This document shows positions 45,286 to 53,849 of a stretch of DNA of 62,488 bases, piece after piece. This DNA comes from Candidatus Omnitrophota bacterium. GTDB taxonomy: Bacteria; Omnitrophota; Omnitrophia; Omnitrophales; Aquincolibacteriaceae. The notes under the pieces were generated by a model that saw only the letters and a list, made by a program, of their open reading frames with translations, had not been told where the DNA came from and made no database searches. A program made the position numbers and the translations under genes. Each line of letters opens with the position of its first letter. Within the stretch, counting starts at the first letter, position 1. The stretch covers positions 1 to 62,488 of the forward strand of contig JAFGHI010000005.1 in NCBI GenBank assembly GCA_016930235.1, in the 5' to 3' direction.

Positions 45286-46865
45286 ACACTCATTGCCGGG
45301 TTGTCAAATTCACATTCAAGAAAGTCATACTGCCCTAGACGCTCAACAAAAGAACGGGGATATCCTCCATGATGCATATAACCCCGTCCGTAATCTTCGT
45401 AAACCCGGTCCTTTTTAATTACAATATAATCAAGATGATTATTCTGAATGATTTCTGCGATTCGCCCTTCATCTTTTTTCCGCATTATATGAAGGACTTC
45501 ACCTAATCCCCATATCACTTTTCGGTTTGTTTCTTCCAAAATATTGCTTTCCGGATACATGATAAGCGCTTCTTCAGGCGTATGAGCCCGGATATACGCA
45601 AATCCCTCGACTAAGGCTTTCGAGGGCCTCCGCACCAAAGAAACAAACAATAAAACAGATAAAAACTGGAGAACACAAATAACATAAATCAAGTATTTAT
45701 ACCACGTTCCAGATATGCCTTCAAGGCCTTTGGCCCCCAGAATAATCAGCAAGGGTATCACAGGAAATGTATAACGGATATCTGAACCTAAACGCAGTAA
45801 AAAGGCATAAAAGAACATATAGCTTAAGATAGGCACCCACAGAAAAATATCACTTGAATGAAATCGACGACCTAGAAGATAAAGAAAAAAGCAGATGATA
45901 GTGGCCAGACCAAAATAAGTAACAATATCCTTGGGATCAAGGAGAGAAGAGTTCAAATACTCCGTCACTGTCCAAAATTTCCACTGGGCCATTGCACGAA
46001 TTCTTTTCTTCATAAAATGATAAATTTGTTCAAGAGTCCGCTGCAAAAATTTTAAGACAATCTTTATTTCCGCTCCCCGGATACCCCCAAAGGAAGTATC
46101 CCTTGCTTCGGCACCTCCACTTGCTTCACGCGTCGTCATGGACCGTTCACCTAGATCTCTCTGATAGGGTGCTGCTACAAATGACCCGAATTTATCCTGA
46201 CGCCAAATAATATCCGGGGTAACAACCATCAGGGCAATCCCAAAGCAAAAAAAGGATGCCAAGACTCTTCCCCAAAAGCCGCGTGATCGTTCGGTAAAAA
46301 TCAGGAAAAAGATTCCTGGTATAAAAAAAAGAGAGCTTCTTTTCATCAAGTAAAGCAACCCTAGAAAAAAACCACTCCATGCATACTTTTTTTCTCGGAG
46401 CAATAGAAAAAACCAAACGCATAAGGCGGCCGCCGGCATATCAACATAAAATAAGACGCCGAAGGCAATCATCATCGGCATTGTTAGCGTTAAAAGGGCT
46501 GCAAATAAACCACATTTTTCGCCATAGAGTTTTCTTGCCAATTTGAAGACTCCGACTAAAAGTAACAAAAAAAATCCAAAATGATAAACTTGCGCTTTGT
46601 AGGAAGCAATTCCTCCGGTCAATTTCCATAGGATCGCCAACCCAATGGGCCATAAAGGTTCGGTTGCATAAAAATAAGCGCCGGGTTCTTGGGGGGCGTA
46701 AAGCAAATCCATGGTGGGACGATCTCGGAGCGTATAAATATCTTTTGCGAATCGATAATGATGAATCTCATCCCCCAGGAACGGCTCTGAGGTAAGCCCT
46801 ACGAACATCATGGCTGCGAGAGCCAATAAAACGATGGTTAGCGTAATAGGATAAAAACGGTTCAT
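45255..46865 (-). CDS. GT-C fold glycosyltransferase, PMT/ArnT-like (GT39-like), paralog 2
   Basis: 536 aa with first loop GDEIHHYRF and C-terminal HHGGYPRSFVERLG...MSVWKI. Collinear with the 32498-33997 product. Confidence 0.7.
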   Translation of the reverse strand: MNRFYPITLTIVLLALAAMMFVGLTSEPFLGDEIHHYRFAKDIYTLRDRPTMDLLYAPQEPGAYFYATEPLWPIGLAILWKLTGGIASYKAQVYHFGFFLLLLVGVFKLARKLYGEKCGLFAALLTLTMPMMIAFGVLFYVDMPAAALCVWFFLLLREKKYAWSGFFLGLLYLMKRSSLFFIPGIFFLIFTERSRGFWGRVLASFFCFGIALMVVTPDIIWRQDKFGSFVAAPYQRDLGERSMTTREASGGAEARDTSFGGIRGAEIKIVLKFLQRTLEQIYHFMKKRIRAMAQWKFWTVTEYLNSSLLDPKDIVTYFGLATIICFFLYLLGRRFHSSDIFLWVPILSYMFFYAFLLRLGSDIRYTFPVIPLLIILGAKGLEGISGTWYKYLIYVICVLQFLSVLLFVSLVRRPSKALVEGFAYIRAHTPEEALIMYPESNILEETNRKVIWGLGEVLHIMRKKDEGRIAEIIQNNHLDYIVIKKDRVYEDYGRGYMHHGGYPRSFVERLGQYDFLECEFDNPAMSVWKIKHELLA

Positions 46866-47410
46866 TTTCTCTTTCTGATTATGCGGGCGGGTACACCCAC
46901 AGCAACACTATATGGCGGAATATCTTTGGTCACAACAGCACCCGCCCCAATCACGGATCCTTTCCCAATCCGGACGCCTTTGAGCACCTTCACGGAAGTC
47001 CCAAGCCAAACATCATCCTCGATGATCACCTCACCGCCCACAGTCCCTTGATCGTCGATCGAGCGCTCACAATCCCCCCATTGATGGTTAAAATCGACAA
47101 TGACACATTGGGGAGCCAGTAAAACCTTTTTCCCCAGAAGCATTTTTCCCTGGCTGTTAAGGACACAATACTCCCCGATATAAGAACCCGCTCCTATCTC
47201 AATACTTCCCCCATTGGCAGCGCTAATAATGGCCCCTTGCATCAGATGAACATCAGAACCAATATGGATGGGATTCTTTTTAGAGCTGGCGATAACCACA
47301 TGATTGTAGATTTTGACTCTTTTCCCAAGACGACCTCCGCGAAAAGATAGAACGATCTTCCAAAAAAAATAGCGGAAACGTAACAAAGCTTTTATCCCTA
47401 ATTCAATCAT
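46862..47410 (-). CDS. Hexapeptide-repeat (LbH) sugar acyltransferase, second copy
   Basis: IIEDDVWLGTSVKVLKGVRIGKGSVIGAGAVVTKDIPPYSVAVGVPAR. Paralog of the 31869-32495 product. 4-nt overlap with the downstream GT-C gene. Confidence 0.8.
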   Translation of the reverse strand: MIELGIKALLRFRYFFWKIVLSFRGGRLGKRVKIYNHVVIASSKKNPIHIGSDVHLMQGAIISAANGGSIEIGAGSYIGEYCVLNSQGKMLLGKKVLLAPQCVIVDFNHQWGDCERSIDDQGTVGGEVIIEDDVWLGTSVKVLKGVRIGKGSVIGAGAVVTKDIPPYSVAVGVPARIIRKRK

Positions 47411-47504
47411 GGATTTTTACACCTTGATCATTTTAAAAATGCTTGTCCTCAAAAACCCGGCTTTATGAATCAAGCACCCTAAGAAACATCAAAAACCCCG
47501 GAAA

Positions 47505-48566
47505 TCAGTTACCTCTTCCCAAAAGTTTCCTGATCAAAAAAATTGAAGACGTACCCAAGCGGGTATTGGCAACCCGCCACAGCCCATTCCACAAATGCCC
47601 TCTTAAACTACTGAAACTTTTTGTATAAGTGTGGAACGGATAAGCTATGGCTCCCCATTTTTCCTTAAATTTTGAAAGGGTATCTCCGAATCCGTAACCG
47701 GTCGCAAAATCAAAATAACGGCACTTTCTCTCCAAGGTGTTCACCAGAGCTTGATGCGTCAAAAGATCATTCGGCCGGAGATCAAAATATCTCTCGTCGG
47801 AAACCATCAGGTAATCCACAACACAATCCTTTGAGAAAATCAGAAATGTTGCCGCAATGGGTTTTGATCCGGCGTAAGCAAAGAGGTAATCTCCGTAACC
47901 GTTTTTAACAATCTGATGATAGATGGAAAGAAAAAAATCTTTTCGGAAAGGACCGACCGTATCATTCCTGTCCATCGTGCGGCGATAAAGCTGATAGTAG
48001 GCTTCAATTTCCTGTTCGGAGCGTATGGAGCGAATTTCGACCCCATTCTTGACGGCCTTTTTGACGGCACGTCTCGTACTCGAACCATAACTATCCCAAA
48101 GACTTTGCGGAGTCACCCCTTCAAGATCCACCAAGTGTTGGCATGTTTCCGTTATTTTATAACCGTCCCCCAACTCGAAACGATTGAGGAAATGACTTGT
48201 GATCCTAATTTGATGGATCCCCTGCTTGCGCAAATCTTCTTCGATTGCCCCCAAAAACTCCGGGAATAGATGACGCTCCCCAAGTAGTCCTCCATAAGGG
48301 ACATTGTCAAAAAATATCCGGATAAACCGAAAATCCAGGACAAGACCGATAGTCCCGCAAAGGATTTTTCCCTCCCGCTCAAAAACATAACAAATCGATT
48401 TGGCCCCGTATCGGCGATAACCTGCCTCCAAGGCTTGTGCCCAAATCGAATAGGAAAAAAGCAAGCCATTTTGCTCCCGAACAAAATCGTCCCAACGCTC
48501 ATCGAGCGCAATTCGCCTAATTCGGGATATCACGGTTGGGTTTTCAACCGGCAAAGTTACCGTCAC
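47505..48566 (-). CDS. FemAB-fold / GNAT (Acetyltransf_6, CelD-like) acyltransferase
   Basis: 353 aa. The two-lobed size and architecture, and the C-terminal YFDFATGYGFGDTLSKFKEKWG block, resemble FemAB-like GNAT proteins found in exopolysaccharide loci. This is pattern recognition only. Confidence 0.55.
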   Translation of the reverse strand: MTVTLPVENPTVISRIRRIALDERWDDFVREQNGLLFSYSIWAQALEAGYRRYGAKSICYVFEREGKILCGTIGLVLDFRFIRIFFDNVPYGGLLGERHLFPEFLGAIEEDLRKQGIHQIRITSHFLNRFELGDGYKITETCQHLVDLEGVTPQSLWDSYGSSTRRAVKKAVKNGVEIRSIRSEQEIEAYYQLYRRTMDRNDTVGPFRKDFFLSIYHQIVKNGYGDYLFAYAGSKPIAATFLIFSKDCVVDYLMVSDERYFDLRPNDLLTHQALVNTLERKCRYFDFATGYGFGDTLSKFKEKWGAIAYPFHTYTKSFSSLRGHLWNGLWRVANTRLGTSSIFLIRKLLGRGN

Positions 48567-48587
48567 GGCTCTCTATGCCTCTTCGAG

Positions 48588-50324
48588 TTAAAAAGGATAG
48601 CTTCCTTCTTCATGTCTTCTCACCTCGGCAATGGTTTCAGTCACATTGATCGGTGTCGAGTTACTAGTGTCCTGGGAAGGAACAAAGCTCTCATCGTCCA
48701 GCAACGGATAATCAGCGCCGAAATAATTGTTGAAAATCATGCGAAAGCTATTGGCCGGAGTGATCGATGGGTACATGTTGCGATCTCCTCCATCCGGCAA
48801 ATAATAGATATTCAAAATCCCCAGGGTTTCTTTGAGATATTCACGGAGCTCAGTCTCGTCTTCCCGATTGACGGCAGAAGTCCTGGCCATGCGCCACTCC
48901 AGCCGCGGTCCATGATCCCCCTGAAAAATAATGATCGGAGGAATTTCCGAATTGGCCAGTAAATAATCCACCAATTCGATGACCTTCTTATTTGCAAAGG
49001 CGACCTGAGCCGCATAAAGTTTCTTGCGGTATTCCCCTCCTTGGCTTCCGAGATTGATCAGCTGATTGAAGGAATAATTCCCACCATCTTCCTTAAAAAC
49101 ATAAGGTGGATGCGGCAAAATGATATGAGCAAAAGAAAACACGGGATCGGGATTTTTGGACATCTCTTTTAATTTTTCAAAGACATATAAAACGGATTGG
49201 CGCCGGTCCGGGACCGTCAAAACGGTCATCAGCGGATTTAAAACAGACGGTTTTAAGAGCATGGTCGCAAATTCATTGATTTTTTCGTTATTAAAGTTGA
49301 AATCCGCATCACGGCTCGCTTTGGTCGGAGGATAGGCCGTTGACGCAAAATGGGCGTAACGATAACCCATCGATTTTAAGATGCGAACCACCCGGTTATT
49401 CTTAATCGTACTGTAAAACGGTCGAAACCTCGGCCCTGTTCGGGAACTCGCTTCATAATCGCGGTAATGCATATAATTCAGATTTAACGAAGTCGGTAAA
49501 GACCACGTTGTATAGACATAATTGCTTCGGCTCTCGCGGGCGACATAAAATCCCCTTTTCTCGAGCTCTTCATAAAATCCTTCGTTTGAATACCCATAAA
49601 TATCTTTCAGCGTTTGGGCGCTTCCGTAACCATCCAAAATGATGTAATAAATATCCCGTAAAGGGGCAATCGCATGTCCTGTAAAGGCCTCCACGGCCGA
49701 GTCTTGCTCTCTTCGGACATCCGGATGCTTCCCCCACAGTTTGAGTTTAAACCCGCCGATTTGGATTAAACTCATCATCATGAGAATGATCGAAACCAGA
49801 TTTAAAAAACGGGTTAGGCCTAAAGGAGTCTTCTGAACCCGTAAAAGGGTATAAAAACAAAGGCCGACAGGAAGGATCACCAAGAGCCCCACCCAAACCA
49901 GGTAATCATGAAGAGGCCGAAGACCGAAATGAAACACTTCGAATCGGTCAAGATACATTCTGGTATGACCATACATGAAAAACAAAACCATAAAAACCGA
50001 GGTCAGAATCCCCGCTTTATGAAAATTCCTAAGCAAGATCCATGAAACCAAAACCATCACACAGGTAAATCCCAACAAGACAGCAAACGGAAGGGCAGCC
50101 TCGGAAACCTCGGCCTCGTGGGCATTGTGAGCAAAGAGAAAAAAAACGGGGTAAATCCCGAACAGGAAAGGATGGATGACCCAATTTCGCTTCACCGGCC
50201 TTTCCCCAAATCCGGGCTGTGATTTACCAGAAATGCGAAAGGATCCAGCATGCTTTTCGGACATGCTTTTTTCTTCAACATCAGTCGTTTTAGGCTTTTT
50301 CTCCAAGAAAACCGGCATCAGCAT
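48588..50324 (-). CDS. Membrane-anchored alkaline-phosphatase-superfamily (sulfatase/LtaS/EptA-like) transferase
   Basis: About 5 N-terminal TM helices, then a soluble domain with IILDGYG (metal Asp), TTWSLPTSL (nucleophile region), ILPHPPY and FQGDHGP. Confidence 0.6.
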   Translation of the reverse strand: MLMPVFLEKKPKTTDVEEKSMSEKHAGSFRISGKSQPGFGERPVKRNWVIHPFLFGIYPVFFLFAHNAHEAEVSEAALPFAVLLGFTCVMVLVSWILLRNFHKAGILTSVFMVLFFMYGHTRMYLDRFEVFHFGLRPLHDYLVWVGLLVILPVGLCFYTLLRVQKTPLGLTRFLNLVSIILMMMSLIQIGGFKLKLWGKHPDVRREQDSAVEAFTGHAIAPLRDIYYIILDGYGSAQTLKDIYGYSNEGFYEELEKRGFYVARESRSNYVYTTWSLPTSLNLNYMHYRDYEASSRTGPRFRPFYSTIKNNRVVRILKSMGYRYAHFASTAYPPTKASRDADFNFNNEKINEFATMLLKPSVLNPLMTVLTVPDRRQSVLYVFEKLKEMSKNPDPVFSFAHIILPHPPYVFKEDGGNYSFNQLINLGSQGGEYRKKLYAAQVAFANKKVIELVDYLLANSEIPPIIIFQGDHGPRLEWRMARTSAVNREDETELREYLKETLGILNIYYLPDGGDRNMYPSITPANSFRMIFNNYFGADYPLLDDESFVPSQDTSNSTPINVTETIAEVRRHEEGSYPF

Positions 50325-52478
50325 TCACTTTTTTGAAGCATACAGCGTCATTAAAGCAGACCGTTTAAAAAGACTTTCGATAAAAGCAAAAGGGGCACAC
50401 AAACAAGTCACCACGCCCCATAAAAGACTCAAATGTGCCGTCGAGAACCCCTGTTTTTGTTTATGCCATATCAGCTGGGGATCCAGAGCGGGAAAGGCAC
50501 TCACCACCAAGGTGGGCGGATGCCACCAATTATTCATGAAATCTATTTCGTTCACTGTGAACCCTGCATCATCGACAAGTTTCTTCAAGGCAGTTGGCGT
50601 AAAGTAATACAAATCCCTTGGAACGTCGAAAGCCGCCCAGTGGCTTTTAAAAAAATGACTCTGGATCGAATCAAAATTGGGAACTTCGATCACGAGTAAA
50701 CCATCCTTTTTCAAGATCCTATGGATTTCCCCAAGCACACTTCTGGAATCATGAAGATGCTCGAGAACGTTATAAAGCGTAATGATATCAAAAGAGTTTT
50801 TCGAATAATTGGCTTGGTGGAGTGTCCCTCGAAAAAGATTAGGGCCCAATCTTCTTTTGGCGTAATCGACGCTTCCGGCCGTTTCCACGCCATAAACGTC
50901 GAAACCCTTTTCTTTAAAAACTTGAAGGCGGTCACCTGTACCGCAGCCCACATCCAGCACCCGCCCCGACGTCCGGCCATAGCGTTTGATCACTTTACCG
51001 GTTTCGTACCGGAGGAGATGGAAACGGTAAAACTTCTCAAGCCGTTCCATGACGTTGAGCTTTTTCCCCTCAGAGGCTTCCTCCTCCTTCCAAGAATAGG
51101 TTTCGGGATAAAAACGACCGATTTTCTTCTCAGTCGGCCTGGGATTCACACAAGCTAGACCGCATGAAGTACACTTCACAACGCTAAATGGATTCTTCGA
51201 GATCCCGTACTTCTCCTTACGATCAAAAAGTTTCACGGTCTCGGTTTGACGGCAGAGTACACAGGATGACTGAAATTCCATCTCCGGTTCACGCCCCTGA
51301 AAATTCCGTACCAAATCAATGACAAAATCGCTTTCGTTCTCTGAAAGATCCGGAAATAAAGGAAGTGTCAAAATCCGTTTCCAAACCTTTTCGCACACGG
51401 GAGACACAAATTTGCAGGTTTTATACATGGGGTAATGATAATTCGGGCGATAGTGGACACCCGTCGAAACCCCCTTTTCTTTCAGGTATTCGCAGAGTTG
51501 ATCCCGGTTATCCACTTTGATGACATAGTTGTGACAGGCGCTTTTCGCATTTGGAACATTTGAAGGCGTTTCCACCCAATCAAGATCACGAAAAGCACGA
51601 TTATACTTCTCAGTAATCCGGCGCCTCTTTTCATTTAAGGCATCCAGTTTCTTCAGTTGGACAAGCCCCATGGAAGCCATTACATCGTTCATGCCGTAAC
51701 GGAACCCTATTTCGTCAACGTCATACCACCAGGAATACCGGCCTTCTTCATGAGAAGTCCGCGACCATGTCTCTTTGGAAATCCCCATCCACCTGAGCTT
51801 CACCAACCGCTCGTAAACTTCTTTCGAATTCGTCGTGATCATCCCCCCGTCACCTACCGAAAGGTTTTTTACCGCATGAAAACTAAAACACCCAATATCC
51901 CCCAAAGCACCGAGCTTTTTCCCTTGGTATTCTCCACCGCACCCATGTGCAGCATCTTCAATGACAAGAAGGTTATGGCGCTTCGCGATACTGAGGATCC
52001 TATCCATGGAACAAGGGGTACCGCCATAATGCACCGCGAGAATGGCTTTCGTTCTTTTTGTGACGAGACTCTCCACCGAAACAGGATCGAGATTCAGCGT
52101 CTCGGGATCAATATCCGCAAAAACGGGAATGCCAGCGTTGTATAAAATCGCGTGATTGGTCGAAACAAAGGTCAAAGGTGTTGTGATAACTTCCCGGCCC
52201 TCCACCCCCGCAACCTTCAAAGCAAGGTGCAGACTTCCCGTTCCGGAATTGGTCGCAATCGCATATTGGACCCCAACATACTTCGCAAACCTTTCCTCAA
52301 ATTCTTTGACTTTCGGGCCCGTCCCCGTCCACCCTCTTTGAAGACAGTCCCGGATAGCTTCAACCTCTTCTTCGCCATAAGAAGGCCGAAAAACGGGTAT
52401 GTTATAGTTCGTCTCTAATTTTTGATTCTGCTGAGTGGGCTTCGTAGCAACATCATTTAGCATTTTATTTCCGCTCAC
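50325..52478 (-). CDS. Fusion protein: DegT-family aminotransferase + CxxC...CxxC zinc ribbon + class I SAM methyltransferase
   Basis: 717 aa. Residues 1 to about 395 are DegT-like (CFSFHAVKNLSVGDGG). CVLCRQ...CTSCGLAC forms the ribbon. VLDVGCGTGD and FDIITLYNVLEHL are methyltransferase motifs. The tail is hydrophobic. Confidence 0.85.
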   Translation of the reverse strand: MSGNKMLNDVATKPTQQNQKLETNYNIPVFRPSYGEEEVEAIRDCLQRGWTGTGPKVKEFEERFAKYVGVQYAIATNSGTGSLHLALKVAGVEGREVITTPLTFVSTNHAILYNAGIPVFADIDPETLNLDPVSVESLVTKRTKAILAVHYGGTPCSMDRILSIAKRHNLLVIEDAAHGCGGEYQGKKLGALGDIGCFSFHAVKNLSVGDGGMITTNSKEVYERLVKLRWMGISKETWSRTSHEEGRYSWWYDVDEIGFRYGMNDVMASMGLVQLKKLDALNEKRRRITEKYNRAFRDLDWVETPSNVPNAKSACHNYVIKVDNRDQLCEYLKEKGVSTGVHYRPNYHYPMYKTCKFVSPVCEKVWKRILTLPLFPDLSENESDFVIDLVRNFQGREPEMEFQSSCVLCRQTETVKLFDRKEKYGISKNPFSVVKCTSCGLACVNPRPTEKKIGRFYPETYSWKEEEASEGKKLNVMERLEKFYRFHLLRYETGKVIKRYGRTSGRVLDVGCGTGDRLQVFKEKGFDVYGVETAGSVDYAKRRLGPNLFRGTLHQANYSKNSFDIITLYNVLEHLHDSRSVLGEIHRILKKDGLLVIEVPNFDSIQSHFFKSHWAAFDVPRDLYYFTPTALKKLVDDAGFTVNEIDFMNNWWHPPTLVVSAFPALDPQLIWHKQKQGFSTAHLSLLWGVVTCLCAPFAFIESLFKRSALMTLYASKK

Positions 52479-52526
52479 ATTTCATCATGGATATCTTGAT
52501 AGGTCTCATGATCTCAATATTTATAT

Positions 52527-52931
52527 TTAAACCGTGTTTCGGCTAACACTTTCTTGCTCTATCGGTTTGACAGCCGGTGATGGCTCCAGCATGGAGTTCA
52601 TCTCAAACCGCAAGAGCGCCAGCTCTTGAATGGATTCCCTTCGATCTTTGGAATAGCGCGTTAGGACAACTGTCAGAAAGGTTCCTGCCACAATGGCCAC
52701 AAAAGTGACGGTAAAAAGGATAACTTCATGCCGCCAGAAAAGAAAAATGCCTGAAAATGATCCCGTTTCGCTCGGATAGTAGATCACACGAAAAAGAAAG
52801 AGAGCGGTGACAACTGTCCAGCCTAACCCATACTTATCCCGCAACACTTCCTGATGGACCAATTGGGAGACAAGACCGAAAAGAAGGACGGTCGCCAGGG
52901 CTTCAAAGATATGAAAATAAATTTCGGTCAT
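52527..52931 (-). CDS. DUF2304-like small membrane protein
   Basis: Internal Met start (MTEIYFHIFEALATVLLFGL...), three to four TM helices, then a charged tail. Its start overlaps the upstream GT2 stop as ATGA. Confidence 0.55.
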   Translation of the reverse strand: MTEIYFHIFEALATVLLFGLVSQLVHQEVLRDKYGLGWTVVTALFLFRVIYYPSETGSFSGIFLFWRHEVILFTVTFVAIVAGTFLTVVLTRYSKDRRESIQELALLRFEMNSMLEPSPAVKPIEQESVSRNTV

Positions 52932-53665
52932 GTGGATTGCAGCTCTCTTTCGCGCACACTTTCCATAATGATCGCATACGTCACTTTTAACATGTAATAA
53001 ACAGCTCGAAAAAATGAAATCGAAGAAACCCCCGTTGTTCTTGGCTTCATCGAAACCGGGACTTCCTTCATCCGGTGTCCGAAACGGCAAACACTCATGA
53101 GGACTTCGGGTTCGGGATAATCCATGGGATAACGGTCCGCAAACCGATCAATCAGTGAACGATTCATCGCCCGAAATCCCGAGGTCGGATCGCTGATCCA
53201 TTGGCCGGTGAGGACATAAAGCAGGCAGGAAAAGAAGAAGATGCCTATTCTCCGAGGCAGAGTGGAAAAAAAGACACCGGCCCCTCGAAATCTTGAACCA
53301 ATCACAAGATCCGCCTCACCTTCTAGGACAGGAGTCACAAGGGTCTTTAGATCTCCCGGGTAATGCTGCCCGTCTCCATCGACTTGAATTGCGATTTCAT
53401 ATCCCTTTCGTCTTGCAAACATGAGCCCCGTCTGAACGGCTGAGCCAATACCTAAATTCCGAAGATGGCTCAGGACAAAAACGCCCTTTCGGCCGGCAAC
53501 CTCAGCCGTTTTGTCCTTCGAACCATCATTAACGACAACGATGGAGGCTTGGGGCAAATTTACGTGGATCTCATCGATCACTTGTCCTATGCTGGCTTGC
53601 TCATTAAAGGCAGGTATAATCACCAGAATGGAATGATCCGATCCCGTCCTTTTTGAGTTTTCCAT
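52928..53665 (-). CDS. GT2 polyprenol-phosphate glycosyltransferase (GtrB/Ppm1/DPM1-like)
   Basis: 245 aa with ILVIIPAFNE, VVVNDGSKDKT and QVDGDGQH, as in polyprenyl-phosphate sugar synthases. First gene of the long minus-strand run. Confidence 0.8.
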   Translation of the reverse strand: MENSKRTGSDHSILVIIPAFNEQASIGQVIDEIHVNLPQASIVVVNDGSKDKTAEVAGRKGVFVLSHLRNLGIGSAVQTGLMFARRKGYEIAIQVDGDGQHYPGDLKTLVTPVLEGEADLVIGSRFRGAGVFFSTLPRRIGIFFFSCLLYVLTGQWISDPTSGFRAMNRSLIDRFADRYPMDYPEPEVLMSVCRFGHRMKEVPVSMKPRTTGVSSISFFRAVYYMLKVTYAIIMESVRERELQST

Positions 53666-53849
53666 ATAAACCCTGTTAGTTATGTTTACGAGAAATTTTG
53701 AAAGCAGAAATCAAATTTTTCTTCCCTGTGAAGAAATAATGCAGGCAAGAAAATCCATATCCTAAAGCAAGACAATATTTTACGTGAAATTTAGTGGCAA
53801 GCAAGGAAAAAGACGGAAAACCCTGTAAATGTCGAATCAAATTGAAGCA

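Noticed and set aside
43622-52145. Long antisense ORFs inside glycan-cluster genes: 43622-44116(+), 48435-48962(+), 50721-51158(+) and 51657-52145(+)
   Set aside because: Each is fully contained in a minus-strand gene with clear DegT, sulfatase-fold or methyltransferase motifs. They have no RBS context or domain signal of their own.
28587-53665. The glycan supercluster as a mobile genomic island
   Set aside because: I saw no integrase, transposase, flanking direct repeats or adjacent tRNA. The only tRNA is 6.5 kb to the right, and I did not notice a repeat of its 3' end. Any compositional difference from the flanks was judged only by eye and needs computation.
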